Shown in pieces: positions 30,496-39,578 of a stretch of 64,000 nucleotides of DNA. The notes under the pieces are model-generated. The model had not been told where the DNA came from and searched no databases. It saw nothing but the letters and a program-made list of their open reading frames with translations. The stretch is from a phage. Positions within the stretch are counted from its first letter, which is position 1. Every line of letters begins with the position of its first letter. A program made the translations under genes and the position numbers. The stretch lies in NCBI GenBank assembly GCA_024571205.1, contig GCA_024571205.1_4523.1; one strand, given 5' to 3'.

Positions 30496-30792
30496 ATGAT
30501 TTTAACTGAACAAAAAACTATGGTTCTTCGTGAACGTATTAAAACTATTCTGTCTGTAGGCGTTCATTGTGTTGTATTTGAAAAGGCTAACGGTGATGTA
30601 CGCACTATGTTTGCTTCGCGCGATGAACTTGAAGTCAAATATGAAAATAACAATCCGGCAACAGAAGTTCGTTATGAACCTCGTGAATCAGTTCGAGCAT
30701 TCGATACCAAGTTAGGTCAGTGGCGTTCTTTCCGCCTTGATAAAGTAATTTCGGTTGATGGTACTCCGGTCGAACGTTTGCTTCTTATGTAA
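30496..30792 (+). CDS. hypothetical protein
   Basis: 98 aa from ATG 30496, immediately after the cd stop. Confidence 0.5.
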   Translation: MILTEQKTMVLRERIKTILSVGVHCVVFEKANGDVRTMFASRDELEVKYENNNPATEVRYEPRESVRAFDTKLGQWRSFRLDKVISVDGTPVERLLLM

Positions 30793-30794
30793 TA

Positions 30795-30819
30795 TGCTTT
30801 ACGAATAGTATGGTATTAT
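30795..30819 (+). promoter_or_regulatory. candidate MotA-dependent middle promoter for gene 31
   Basis: MotA box TGCTTTA (30795-30801), 12-nt spacer, TATTAT -10 (30814-30819). Confidence 0.4.
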
Positions 30820-30849
30820 TAATCTATCGTCAAACAACAAGGAAATAAG

Positions 30850-31182
30850 ATGTCTGAAGTACAACTCCCAATTCGTGCTGTTGGTGAATATGTCATTCTG
30901 GTTTCTGAACCCGCTCAAGCAGGTGATGAAGAAGTTACCGAATCAGGACTTGTGATTGGTAAACGTGTTCAAGGTGAAGTTCCTGAACTATGTGTAGTTC
31001 ATTCTGTAGGTCCTGATGTTCCTGAAGGTTTTGTTGAAGTCGGTGATTTGACTCCACTACCAGTTGGACAAATTCGAAATGTTCCACATCCATTTGTGGC
31101 TTTAGGTCTTAAACAACCTAAAGAAATTAAACAGAAATTCGTAACATGCCACTATAAAGCTATTCCGTGTCTTTATAAGTGA
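30850..31182 (+). CDS. 31: gp31 co-chaperonin (GroES analogue for capsid folding)
   Basis: 110 aa, [44 protein letters not shown] matches T4 gp31. Confidence 0.92.
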   Translation: MSEVQLPIRAVGEYVILVSEPAQAGDEEVTESGLVIGKRVQGEVPELCVVHSVGPDVPEGFVEVGDLTPLPVGQIRNVPHPFVALGLKQPKEIKQKFVTCHYKAIPCLYK

Positions 31183-31306
31183 TATAAATAACTATATGAA
31201 GAGAACACTCTTCTAAGCGGTAGCCTACAACTGAGAGACTTGTCGAAAGAAGGTGAAATTCAGACGAACGTGGCTACTAAATATTATCTCGAATTGAGAA
31301 TTTAAA

Positions 31307-31555
31307 ATGATTAAACAATTACAACACGCTCTTGAACTGCAACGCCATGCATGGAATAATGGTCACGAAAACTACGGCGCGTCAATTGATGTTGAAGCCG
31401 AAGCACTGGAAATCTTACAGTATTTCAAACATCTGAATCCAGCACAGGCCGATCTTCGTGATGTACTGGCTCAGAAAGATGAATTGAAATATGCTAAGCC
31501 TCTGGCTTCAGCAGCTCGTAAAGCAGTTCGTCATTTTGTTATTACCCTGAAGTAA
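31307..31555 (+). CDS. rIII: rIII lysis-inhibition accessory protein
   Basis: 82 aa, MIKQLQHALELQRHAWNNGHENYGASIDVEAEALEILQYFKHLNPAQ matches T4 rIII. Confidence 0.9.
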   Translation: MIKQLQHALELQRHAWNNGHENYGASIDVEAEALEILQYFKHLNPAQADLRDVLAQKDELKYAKPLASAARKAVRHFVITLK

Positions 31556-31577
31556 GTTAAATCGAGGAGCCGTCGAA

Positions 31578-31781
31578 TTGTCTGATTATCGATTTGCGAA
31601 TCGGTATGTTTTAGAAGTACCGCCCCGACAATTTTACGGTGTACCTCTTGAATGTTATTCTTATAGCGGCAAGTGCATGCTACCCCGAGGTGATGGCCAA
31701 TCGGGAGTACGCCTCAAGGCCTATATATCCATCAGTATATATCTTATCCTCGAGAAATCGAACCCGGAACCTTTAAGCTAA
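31578..31781 (+). CDS. possible small ORF (TTG start), doubtful
   Basis: 67 aa frame with TTG start 8 nt after SD gaggag; the C-terminal half is low-complexity, coding status uncertain. Confidence 0.2.
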   Translation: MSDYRFANRYVLEVPPRQFYGVPLECYSYSGKCMLPRGDGQSGVRLKAYISISIYLILEKSNPEPLS

Positions 31782-31925
31782 CGGTGTGCAACAGATAAGA
31801 GCTATAAGGTATGATGACGGGTTTATGGTTATCCTGTCGTTAAATATCCAAAACCTATGTTCCCCATGAGGGCTTGCGCAGGCAATGTCAATAAGTCCTG
31901 CATTTTCATTTAAAGAGAATTTATA

Positions 31926-32105
31926 ATGGCAAAACAAGCTAAAGCAAAGAAAGCAGTTGAAAAGAAAGTTGATGGTACCTCTAAACGCGCTGGATACAAG
32001 CGTGGGTCGAACTCTCGTATTAATCAAACAGTTGAGAAGATCATGCGCAGAGCACGTGCAGTTCTTCGAGATGATGCTTCTCGTTTTGGAAAGGTTGTTG
32101 CATAA
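31926..32105 (+). CDS. small lysine/arginine-rich protein (59 aa), below the ORF-track size cut-off
   Basis: Hand translation gives MAKQAKAKKAVEKKVDGTSKRAGYKRGSNSRINQTVEKIMRRARAVLRDDASRFGKVVA; a strong UUCG hairpin terminator follows at 32111-32133. Confidence 0.35.
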   Translation: MAKQAKAKKAVEKKVDGTSKRAGYKRGSNSRINQTVEKIMRRARAVLRDDASRFGKVVA

Positions 32106-32110
32106 TTTTA

Positions 32111-32133
32111 GGGAGACTTCGGTCTCCCTTTTG
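32111..32133 (+). terminator. rho-independent terminator
   Basis: GGGAGAC-TTCG-GTCTCCC hairpin (32111-32128) + TTTT; the hairpin is identical to the one after gene 32. Confidence 0.65.
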
Positions 32134-32164
32134 TGCGTTTAGGGCAGAAAAAGTTTAAAAAGAT

Positions 32165-32193
32165 GTTTACTCTCCTGTAGGATGTGTTACTAT
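32165..32193 (+). promoter_or_regulatory. T4-type early promoter
   Basis: GTTTACT -35, 16-nt spacer, TACTAT -10, just after terminator 32111-32133. Confidence 0.5.
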
Positions 32194-32235
32194 AGACTTG
32201 TACCACCTAATCAATAAAACAAACTGGAGAATAAA

Positions 32236-32604
32236 ATGAAAATCAATCTGAACTCATACATCAAATGTAAAGAACACGACGGTTATAAAGCTATCGAAAT
32301 TAAAGAATTCCAGTGGATGTTATACAAAGAGCAATTTGAGTTCGTAAGTTGTATGACCCCTGAAGGTCCTTCAAATGATTTCTCTTGGAAAATTGTGTTA
32401 GCAAACTTTTTCACAGGTGACACATACGAATTAAAAACTATTATTACCGGTAAAATTCGCTCAGAAACATATGTTGACGAAGAAACTGGTTACTCTGAAG
32501 ATGTTACATGGTATCAAAATGGACGCATTACAGCAGATAACCTGATCGAAAAAATGAAAGCCAAAGGTGTTTTAAATTTAGACAATTGGATTAAAGTTGC
32601 ATAA
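32236..32604 (+). CDS. hypothetical protein
   Basis: 122 aa ORF after early promoter 32165-32193 and leader ctggagaataaaATG. Confidence 0.55.
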   Translation: MKINLNSYIKCKEHDGYKAIEIKEFQWMLYKEQFEFVSCMTPEGPSNDFSWKIVLANFFTGDTYELKTIITGKIRSETYVDEETGYSEDVTWYQNGRITADNLIEKMKAKGVLNLDNWIKVA

Positions 32605-32608
32605 AACA

Positions 32609-32637
32609 GTTTACTTTGGTACAGGATATGTTATTAT
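32609..32637 (+). promoter_or_regulatory. T4-type early promoter
   Basis: GTTTACT -35, 16-nt spacer, TATTAT -10. Confidence 0.5.
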
Positions 32638-32678
32638 ATACCTGTACCAACAAACAACTTAAACATCTGGAGAATAAA

Positions 32679-33044
32679 ATGAACTACATCAACTTCGAAC
32701 GTAAATATGTTTCTAACGGTATCGCTGGTTCTTCTGAAGTTATTTGCTTATGGAAACACGAAAACGGTACAGTTTGTGAAATCGAACAGTGCATGACTCC
32801 TAATTATGTTTATATGCGATTTGAAAATGGCATCACGGTTTCAATCACGATGGAAGGTTCAAATTTTAAAATTGCATTAGATGATGATTTCCGTCAGCGC
32901 GATTTAGGTACTCATCCTTGCTGGAATGGTGTTAATCGTAAACTTCTGGTTAAAACCTGGATTCGTCATATCCTGAGTAACCGAGCTAAACCTGAACATC
33001 TCGAAGCAATCTTTGATGTAGTTCTTAATGAATTTGATATCTAA
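32679..33044 (+). CDS. hypothetical protein
   Basis: 121 aa from ATG 32679 after early promoter 32609-32637 and the same leader (ctggagaataaaATG) as the preceding ORF. Confidence 0.5.
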   Translation: MNYINFERKYVSNGIAGSSEVICLWKHENGTVCEIEQCMTPNYVYMRFENGITVSITMEGSNFKIALDDDFRQRDLGTHPCWNGVNRKLLVKTWIRHILSNRAKPEHLEAIFDVVLNEFDI

Positions 33045-33079
33045 ATTAATTGGGAGCTTCGGCTCCCAGTGAGGAAATT

Positions 33080-33694
33080 ATGTTTAAAGTTAATACTTTT
33101 TATAAAATGAATTTTAAAAATGGGGATATTACTCCACGCCTTAAAAACATGTTCTCATATGACCTTATCGAGCCTTTTGAAGTTTTAGAAGTTACTGATG
33201 CTGGCTCGGTTTGTGAAATTAGAACTTCTGAAGGTAAAATTTATCAGGCAGGTGTTGGTAAATTCAGTAATTGTTTTACTTTAATATTCTCGACCGATTT
33301 AGATGAGCATTTTATTGAATGTCCTAACCCTAAGGTCTATGAAGTTCCACATCAAGAAATTAAGAAAAATGGCCCGCACGAATATACGAAGGTTGAAACT
33401 CCTCACGGCGTGATGTGGCGTCATAACTCTCCTTTTGGAAGTAAAGGAACATTTGCTCAACCGTCTAAACCGTATGACGATGAAAAATACATCGTCGTCT
33501 TTTTATCTGAACAGGGTACTCAAGACCGTGGATGCCAACGTTCCGGATTATTGAGTGAACTCGAAGCTCATAACCAAGCACGTGAATTCGTTGAGAAAAA
33601 TCCTGGTTCTGAAGCTCTAGTCATGAAAGCAATTACTCAATATATCACTGCTCAACCTGTTGTTCATCCGGTGGAAATTAATTTCGTTAAGTAG
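33080..33694 (+). CDS. hypothetical protein
   Basis: 204 aa from ATG 33080 (SD gagg); the track start at 33050 lies inside a hairpin (33052-33067). Confidence 0.55.
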   Translation: MFKVNTFYKMNFKNGDITPRLKNMFSYDLIEPFEVLEVTDAGSVCEIRTSEGKIYQAGVGKFSNCFTLIFSTDLDEHFIECPNPKVYEVPHQEIKKNGPHEYTKVETPHGVMWRHNSPFGSKGTFAQPSKPYDDEKYIVVFLSEQGTQDRGCQRSGLLSELEAHNQAREFVEKNPGSEALVMKAITQYITAQPVVHPVEINFVK

Positions 33695-33724
33695 TTTACA
33701 TCCAAGGACGGATTAGAGTATAAT
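33694..33724 (+). promoter_or_regulatory. T4-type early promoter
   Basis: GTTTACA -35, 18-nt spacer, TATAAT -10. Confidence 0.45.
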
Positions 33725-33748
33725 GATTTCTTTAGCAAGTGGAAAAAT

Positions 33749-33946
33749 ATGAAATTTTTAATAGCACAAACAGTCCAATTAAAAGGTGTTGGAATCCCTG
33801 GGATGATTTTTAAAGTTCTCCATGAATTTAAAACCGCCGCCGTAATTATCAATGAAGCGTATGCTGTTCAATGGGTTGATGGGACTTCTGACATACGTAT
33901 GGGTAAAGAGTTATCTCCTATTAAAGGGTTGAAACATGTTGAATAA
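33749..33946 (+). CDS. hypothetical protein
   Basis: 65 aa ORF after early promoter 33694-33724. Confidence 0.4.
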   Translation: MKFLIAQTVQLKGVGIPGMIFKVLHEFKTAAVIINEAYAVQWVDGTSDIRMGKELSPIKGLKHVE

Positions 33947-34148
33947 ACTAATCCAGAAATTGTTTGGTACAGAAATGATCGAAGTTACTTATCGTGTAAC
34001 TGACTGCTCGCCTATTCATCCACAGGATGAACCGTTTATCAAGACAATTAAAATGCTTAAAAATGACGGTGGTTTATCTATTGAAGACCGTCTGCCTAGT
34101 TACGGCCATTGGGCTGATGTTGAAATTATAAGTGTTAAAGATGTCTGA
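33936..34148 (+). CDS. hypothetical protein
   Basis: 70 aa ORF. Confidence 0.45.
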   Translation: MLNKLIQKLFGTEMIEVTYRVTDCSPIHPQDEPFIKTIKMLKNDGGLSIEDRLPSYGHWADVEIISVKDV

Positions 34149-34599
34149 ATTAGAAATAAGAAGTAATTTCAAGTGGCCGTCATGTGCATTAAGTAACTTT
34201 GCTCAATGGCCTTTTGTTATGGATGGTATTCAATTCGGAGGTCTTGAAGGATTTCTCCAAGGATGTAAGGTGAAAAATGTTGAACAACAAAGACGTATAT
34301 TTGGGTTGTCTGGATTGGCTGCACAGCAAGCTGGAAGGTCTTATGCAAGAGCTCAGGACCGTGGAACTCTCTTCTGGTTAGGAGTTCCGTTTTCAAGATA
34401 CTCCGAAGCGTGGAAAGAATTATACACAAATGCATATTTTGAAGCCGCGATCCAAAATAAGGGGTTTCGTGATGCCTTACAAGCCTCTAAAGGAAAAATT
34501 TTGAAGCACAGCATGGCTAGCCACCTAACAAAAGATGATACAATACTAACTGAAGCTGAATTTATTGATGTGTTAAACCTATTAAGAGACTCTTTATGA
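34141..34599 (+). CDS. NADAR (YbiA-like) domain protein
   Basis: 152 aa from ATG 34141; ...SNFAQWPFVMDGIQFGGLEGFLQGCK... pattern resembles the NADAR/DUF1768 family; T4 30.3-like position. Confidence 0.6.
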   Translation: MSELEIRSNFKWPSCALSNFAQWPFVMDGIQFGGLEGFLQGCKVKNVEQQRRIFGLSGLAAQQAGRSYARAQDRGTLFWLGVPFSRYSEAWKELYTNAYFEAAIQNKGFRDALQASKGKILKHSMASHLTKDDTILTEAEFIDVLNLLRDSL

Positions 34600-35420
34600 A
34601 GCCTACTATTTTGACTGATATTGATGGTGTATGTTTAAGTTGGCAATCCGGACTTCCTTATTTTGCCCAAAAATATAATCTTCCATTAGAACATATTTTA
34701 AAAATGATTCAGGACGAAAAATTTATTTCTCCTGGTAAACTATTCAATACCGACGATAACCTTGGTAAACAATTAATAGAAAAATATAATAGCTCTGATT
34801 TTATTCGTTACTTAGCGCCTTATTCAGATGCTCTTCGAGTTATCAATAAACTAAAAGAAGACTATAATTTTGTAGCCGTGACGGCGCTAGGTGATTCAAT
34901 TGATGCTCGATTGAATAGACAATTTAATTTGAATGCTTTGTTCCCAGGCGCTTTCTCTGAAGTAATGATGTGTGGTCATGATTCTTCAAAGGAACAATTA
35001 TTCGAACTAGCTAAAACAAAATATAACGTGATTTGTTACGTTGACGATTTAGCTCATCACTGTGACCATGCGGCAGAAATTCTTAATGTACCGATTTATT
35101 GGTTGGCTCGTGGTGAACGTGATGATATTCCTCGCACTGCACAACGTGTACACACGTGGGATGATATTGAATCTCGATTGGTTCCGCCAGAGCATAATTC
35201 AAATTCAGATCGTGAAGACCTTTTAAAACGATTGGCCGATTTGCTTAAAGAATCTGGTGCAACAAGTCCAGGTGCACGGCCTAATCAAATTGGTGGCCCC
35301 TCGACAACACGTACTCCATATACCTGGCGAACCCCAGGACCAACCGATATGCAGCCATGGTGGACGATTCAAAACTTTCCTTTAGATTCGTCTAAATGGA
35401 CTTGGTCTATAAATTGTTAA
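34596..35420 (+). CDS. HAD-superfamily hydrolase-like protein
   Basis: 274 aa, N-terminal ILTDIDGVCLSW (HAD motif I, DxDG) and a later ...VDDL... motif; T4 30.2-like position. Confidence 0.6.
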   Translation: MKPTILTDIDGVCLSWQSGLPYFAQKYNLPLEHILKMIQDEKFISPGKLFNTDDNLGKQLIEKYNSSDFIRYLAPYSDALRVINKLKEDYNFVAVTALGDSIDARLNRQFNLNALFPGAFSEVMMCGHDSSKEQLFELAKTKYNVICYVDDLAHHCDHAAEILNVPIYWLARGERDDIPRTAQRVHTWDDIESRLVPPEHNSNSDREDLLKRLADLLKESGATSPGARPNQIGGPSTTRTPYTWRTPGPTDMQPWWTIQNFPLDSSKWTWSINC

Positions 35421-35429
35421 GGGCTAATT

Positions 35430-35699
35430 ATGTTTGTAGTTCATGATATTACAGATGGCAAAAACACCACACGTGACTACGGCCATGTTAACATGTTCTT
35501 TCGAGACTGGCCGGTGTTTCGTTCAGTAAAAGACGCAGAAATATTTAAAGAGTGTGTTGAACAAGGGTTCATCTACATTTCAGAATATTATGTTGAAGGA
35601 CTCGGTAAATGGATTACCACTTATCAGAAAACGCTGAAATCGCTTCTAGATGAAGTGGCTTATAATAGAACCATAACCAAAATCGAGGATATCAAATGA
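35430..35699 (+). CDS. hypothetical protein
   Basis: 89 aa ORF directly upstream of the ligase gene. Confidence 0.5.
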   Translation: MFVVHDITDGKNTTRDYGHVNMFFRDWPVFRSVKDAEIFKECVEQGFIYISEYYVEGLGKWITTYQKTLKSLLDEVAYNRTITKIEDIK

Positions 35700-37189
35700 T
35701 TTTAGATATTTTAAACCAAATAGCTGCGATCGGTTCTACTAAAACAAAACAGGAAATCCTTAAGAAAAATAAGGACAACAAATTACTTGAACGTGTGTAT
35801 CGTTTAACGTATGCACGTGGTATCCAGTATTATATTAAGAAATGGCCTGGGCCAGGTGAAAGGTCTCAAGCGTATGGTCTTCTTGAATTAGATGACATGT
35901 TGGATTTTATTGAGTTCACATTAGCCACTCGTAAACTCACTGGTAATGCTGCAATTAAAGAGCTCATGGGTTATATCGCTGACGGTAAACCTGATGATGT
36001 AGAAGTCCTTCGTCGTGTAATGATGCGCGACCTTGAAGTAGGTGCTTCAGTGTCTATCGCGAATAAGGTGTGGCCTGGACTTATTCAATTGCAACCACAG
36101 ATGTTAGCATCTGCATATGATGAGAAATTGATTACTAAAAATATTAAATGGCCGGCATTCGCCCAATTAAAAGCAGATGGTGCTCGTTGTTTCGCTGAAG
36201 TTCGTGATGATGGTGTTCAATTCTTTTCTCGTGCTGGTAACGAATACCATGGTCTTACTCTATTAGCGGATGAACTAATGGAAATGACTAAAGAAGCCCG
36301 TGAAAGACACCCTAATGGGGTTTTAATCGACGGCGAATTAGTTTATCATTCATTTGATATTAAAAAGGCTGTGAGCTCAGGAAATGACCTGTCGTTCTTA
36401 TTTGGCGATAATGAAGAATCCGAAGAAGTACAAGTTGCAGACCGTAGCACTTCAAACGGTTTAGCAAATAAATCTCTTCAAGGGACTATTTCTCCTAAAG
36501 AAGCGGAAGGTATGGTTCTTCAAGCCTGGGACTATGTTCCTTTAGATGAAGTCTATTCTGATGGCAAAATTAAAGGTCAGAAATACGATGTTCGTTTTGC
36601 TGCTCTTGAAAATATGGCTGAAGGCTTTAAGCGAATTGAGCCAATTGAAAATCAGTTAGTTCGTAATCTTGACGAAGCTAAAGTGGTTTATAAAAAATAT
36701 GTTGACCAAGGTCTTGAAGGTATTATCCTTAAAAACCGTGATTCATATTGGGAAAACAAACGCTCTAAGAACCTAATTAAATTTAAAGAAGTTATTGATA
36801 TCGCTTTAGAAGTTGTAGGATACTATGAACACTCTAAAGACCCTAACAAATTAGGTGGTGTCGAACTCGTATCACGTTGTCGTCGTATTACAACCGATTG
36901 TGGTTCAGGGTTTAAAGATACAACTCATAAAACAGTTGATGGTGTAAAGATTCTTATTCCTTTAGATGAGCGTCATGATTTAGACCGTGAACGATTAATG
37001 GCTGAAGCTCGTGAAGGTAAATTGATTGGACGTATTGCTGATTGCGAATGTAATGGTTGGGTTCATTCTAAAGGCCGTGAAGGTACTGTAGGTATTTTCC
37101 TTCCAATTATTAAAGGGTTCCGTTTTGATAAAACAGAAGCGGATTCATTTGAAGACGTATTTGGACCGTGGTCCCAGACAGGTTTATAA
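35696..37189 (+). CDS. 30: ATP-dependent DNA ligase
   Basis: 497 aa, MILDILNQIAAIGSTKTKQEILKKNKDNKLLERVYRLTYARGIQYYIKKWPG and active-site region FAQLKADGARCFAEV (lysine motif KxDG), matches T4 ligase. Confidence 0.93.
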   Translation: MILDILNQIAAIGSTKTKQEILKKNKDNKLLERVYRLTYARGIQYYIKKWPGPGERSQAYGLLELDDMLDFIEFTLATRKLTGNAAIKELMGYIADGKPDDVEVLRRVMMRDLEVGASVSIANKVWPGLIQLQPQMLASAYDEKLITKNIKWPAFAQLKADGARCFAEVRDDGVQFFSRAGNEYHGLTLLADELMEMTKEARERHPNGVLIDGELVYHSFDIKKAVSSGNDLSFLFGDNEESEEVQVADRSTSNGLANKSLQGTISPKEAEGMVLQAWDYVPLDEVYSDGKIKGQKYDVRFAALENMAEGFKRIEPIENQLVRNLDEAKVVYKKYVDQGLEGIILKNRDSYWENKRSKNLIKFKEVIDIALEVVGYYEHSKDPNKLGGVELVSRCRRITTDCGSGFKDTTHKTVDGVKILIPLDERHDLDRERLMAEAREGKLIGRIADCECNGWVHSKGREGTVGIFLPIIKGFRFDKTEADSFEDVFGPWSQTGL

Positions 37190-37377
37190 TGAAAGCTTAT
37201 TTAGAAACAGTAGTTGTCGCTAATAAAGATGGCGGTGATGTTTCCACCTCTTGTTCCCAAATTGTATTAGATTTTCCTAATAACGATTCCTATAATATTT
37301 TTATGGACAATTTTGATAAGTACGAAAAAGGCCCTAATTTTGAAGTTTATCGTACTTTGCTCCCGATTGTGGATTAA
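37189..37377 (+). CDS. hypothetical protein
   Basis: 62 aa from ATG 37189 overlapping the ligase stop (TAATG); terminator follows at 37378-37397. Confidence 0.4.
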   Translation: MKAYLETVVVANKDGGDVSTSCSQIVLDFPNNDSYNIFMDNFDKYEKGPNFEVYRTLLPIVD

Positions 37378-37397
37378 GAGCCTTCGGGCTCTTTTTG
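37378..37397 (+). terminator. rho-independent terminator after the ligase block
   Basis: GAGCC-TTCG-GGCTC hairpin followed by TTTTT. Confidence 0.6.
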
Positions 37398-37432
37398 GCA
37401 TAAATATAAATTATTACTAAAAGGAAAACACT

Positions 37433-39520
37433 ATGTCTGAACAATTAAATGAAGTGTTTGAATCTGAAGGCAGTCTTCCTGTCGTCAATTTGAACCCTAA
37501 AGCTAAAGTTCCACAAGTCTGGAAAATTGGTGATATCGATACAAACATCGTAGTCCGTTTATTCTCTTACCTTTCCGAAGGCGATGCTGTAAAACAAGTT
37601 AAACTTGGTGACAAATACGCTCATGTCGTTATTATGAGTCTGTCTGAAAAGGGTAATCTCGCTGAATTGAAAAATGGCCTTGGTCCTGCTCCTATTGATG
37701 CAATCAACACCATTTTCAATACAGTGTATGAACAGGTTAAAGCTCTTCGTATGGATGCAGTTCTGTTCCGATTTCCTACCAAGAAATTGAAAGGACGTGG
37801 ACAACAACTTCAAACTCTTCTTGCTCGTTTAGTTTCTACTAAAACTGGTGGTCGTTTTAAAGTATTGTCTGCAATGTATCAATTCACAGGTAAACACACA
37901 TATGTGATGATGGTTCGTAAAAATGCCAACATTGAAGATATTAAAGGCATCCCTAACATTAACACAGAGTTGTACACGAAAGTAGATTCTGATGTTGGTG
38001 AAGTTTATGTGAGTAAAAAGACTGGCGAAAAGGTCACCAAAGAAACGGCTATCGCTGGTTCTATTGCTGCTGTAGAAGAAAAACGTAAAGATAAGCCTGT
38101 TATTGCTCGTACTAAAATTTCTCGTCGCGCTATTGCCGCAAGTCAATCTTTAGAAGCTGACCGCCAAGAAGGTGAGCTATTCCAGAAATACGAAAATTCT
38201 GCTAAAGAAGTTAGTGGCCCAGCTACAGCTGAATTACTTCCTGAAGCATATGAAATCGTACTAGCCCAAGCATCGTCTACAGCAAAAGGCACCCTAGTTG
38301 CTGATATCGAAAATAAGATTTATAATCGTATTGATGAATCCTTTAGATTTGCTGATGAAGTTTCTTATGGTAGTGTTATTAAGCCGACTTTAGAAAAGTT
38401 TGCTAAGAAAATTAAAACTGAAAAAACAACATCTGTTAAAGCATTAGCTGCTTTTGTTGAAGCTGCAAACGAAATTGCAGACTCTATTAGAGACGAATGG
38501 TTTGAAGATTTTAGACGAGATAATTTCCAACTGGCTGATGACGTTTTAGCTGAAGTATCTGAAAAAACTTGGAAACAACGTAAATCAGCGTTCTTGTCTA
38601 ATGTGATGTATACTTATGCACGAGAATCGGCCAGAGGCACCTTTAATATAACAATGAATCGGGACCCTAAACAATACTCTGTTGCTGAAAAACGAGCTAT
38701 TCGTGAATATGCCTCTTCTGCATATACCGATATCAATAATATGTTGTTAGGTCGTTATAAACCGGATTTTTATGATGTTGCAGATGAAGATGAAGTTAAA
38801 CGCGCTATTGATGGTCTTGATTCGGCGTTTTTAAATGGAGACCGTTTACCTGAAGGACTAACGTTGTATAGAGCTCAGTCTATCAGAATGCCTATTTACG
38901 AAGCAATGGTTAAAAATAAGGTATTCTACTTCAGAAACTATGTTTCTACTTCACTAGCTCCTATTATTTTCGGCGGGTTTAAAGAGAACGTTGCCCTTGG
39001 ACTTGCTCCTGAAGAAGTTCGCAAAGAGCTTAACATTGACAATAATGACGAAGGTGTTACTATTTCTCCTAGTCAAGTAAGAACAGCTATGCATGCACCA
39101 GAACAAATCCGTGTTAACGTTGGATGGGCTATTGATGGCGCCCATAAAGTTAACGTGATTTATCCAGGACAGTTGAGTAATCACCCTAATGAGCAAGAAA
39201 TTATTTTGCCTAGAGGCATTCTCTTGCAGATAAATAAAATTACAGATGCGTCATCTGACACTGGTGCAGGTTTAGAATCCAACCTTAAATTTATTCAAGC
39301 TGAAGTCATGTCCTCAGACCAGTTGGATGAAGCGGTCATTTACGATGGTGATGTTCTCATGGAAACAGGCGAGGTGGTTGCTATGACGGGTGAAATCGAA
39401 TCGGATGAGCCGGTATCATTCTCTTCATTTGTAGAAAAAACTAGTGCACCTAAAGGTTTGAAATTGTTAGCATCTTTAATGGATTTAGAATCGATTCCGT
39501 TTAAATTTGTTCAAGGATAG
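37433..39520 (+). CDS. alt: Alt ADP-ribosyltransferase (virion-packaged)
   Basis: 695 aa; C-terminal region ...VFYFRNYVSTSL...EVMSSDQLDEAVIYDGDVLMETGEVVAMTGEIE... matches T4 Alt as recalled; location before gene 54. Confidence 0.88.
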   Translation: MSEQLNEVFESEGSLPVVNLNPKAKVPQVWKIGDIDTNIVVRLFSYLSEGDAVKQVKLGDKYAHVVIMSLSEKGNLAELKNGLGPAPIDAINTIFNTVYEQVKALRMDAVLFRFPTKKLKGRGQQLQTLLARLVSTKTGGRFKVLSAMYQFTGKHTYVMMVRKNANIEDIKGIPNINTELYTKVDSDVGEVYVSKKTGEKVTKETAIAGSIAAVEEKRKDKPVIARTKISRRAIAASQSLEADRQEGELFQKYENSAKEVSGPATAELLPEAYEIVLAQASSTAKGTLVADIENKIYNRIDESFRFADEVSYGSVIKPTLEKFAKKIKTEKTTSVKALAAFVEAANEIADSIRDEWFEDFRRDNFQLADDVLAEVSEKTWKQRKSAFLSNVMYTYARESARGTFNITMNRDPKQYSVAEKRAIREYASSAYTDINNMLLGRYKPDFYDVADEDEVKRAIDGLDSAFLNGDRLPEGLTLYRAQSIRMPIYEAMVKNKVFYFRNYVSTSLAPIIFGGFKENVALGLAPEEVRKELNIDNNDEGVTISPSQVRTAMHAPEQIRVNVGWAIDGAHKVNVIYPGQLSNHPNEQEIILPRGILLQINKITDASSDTGAGLESNLKFIQAEVMSSDQLDEAVIYDGDVLMETGEVVAMTGEIESDEPVSFSSFVEKTSAPKGLKLLASLMDLESIPFKFVQG

Positions 39521-39549
39521 TTTACAAGCACATGGATGTGTGATACTAT
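39520..39549 (+). promoter_or_regulatory. T4-type early promoter
   Basis: GTTTACA -35, 17-nt spacer, TACTAT -10. Confidence 0.5.
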
Positions 39550-39578
39550 CATCCTATCAACAACATGAGGAAAACGTT

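Noticed and set aside
31745-31775. Possible tRNA on the minus strand (GGTTCGATT T-loop-like element)
   Set aside because: Flanking sequence does not provide complementary T-stem or acceptor-stem pairing when folded by eye; not called without a tRNAscan result.
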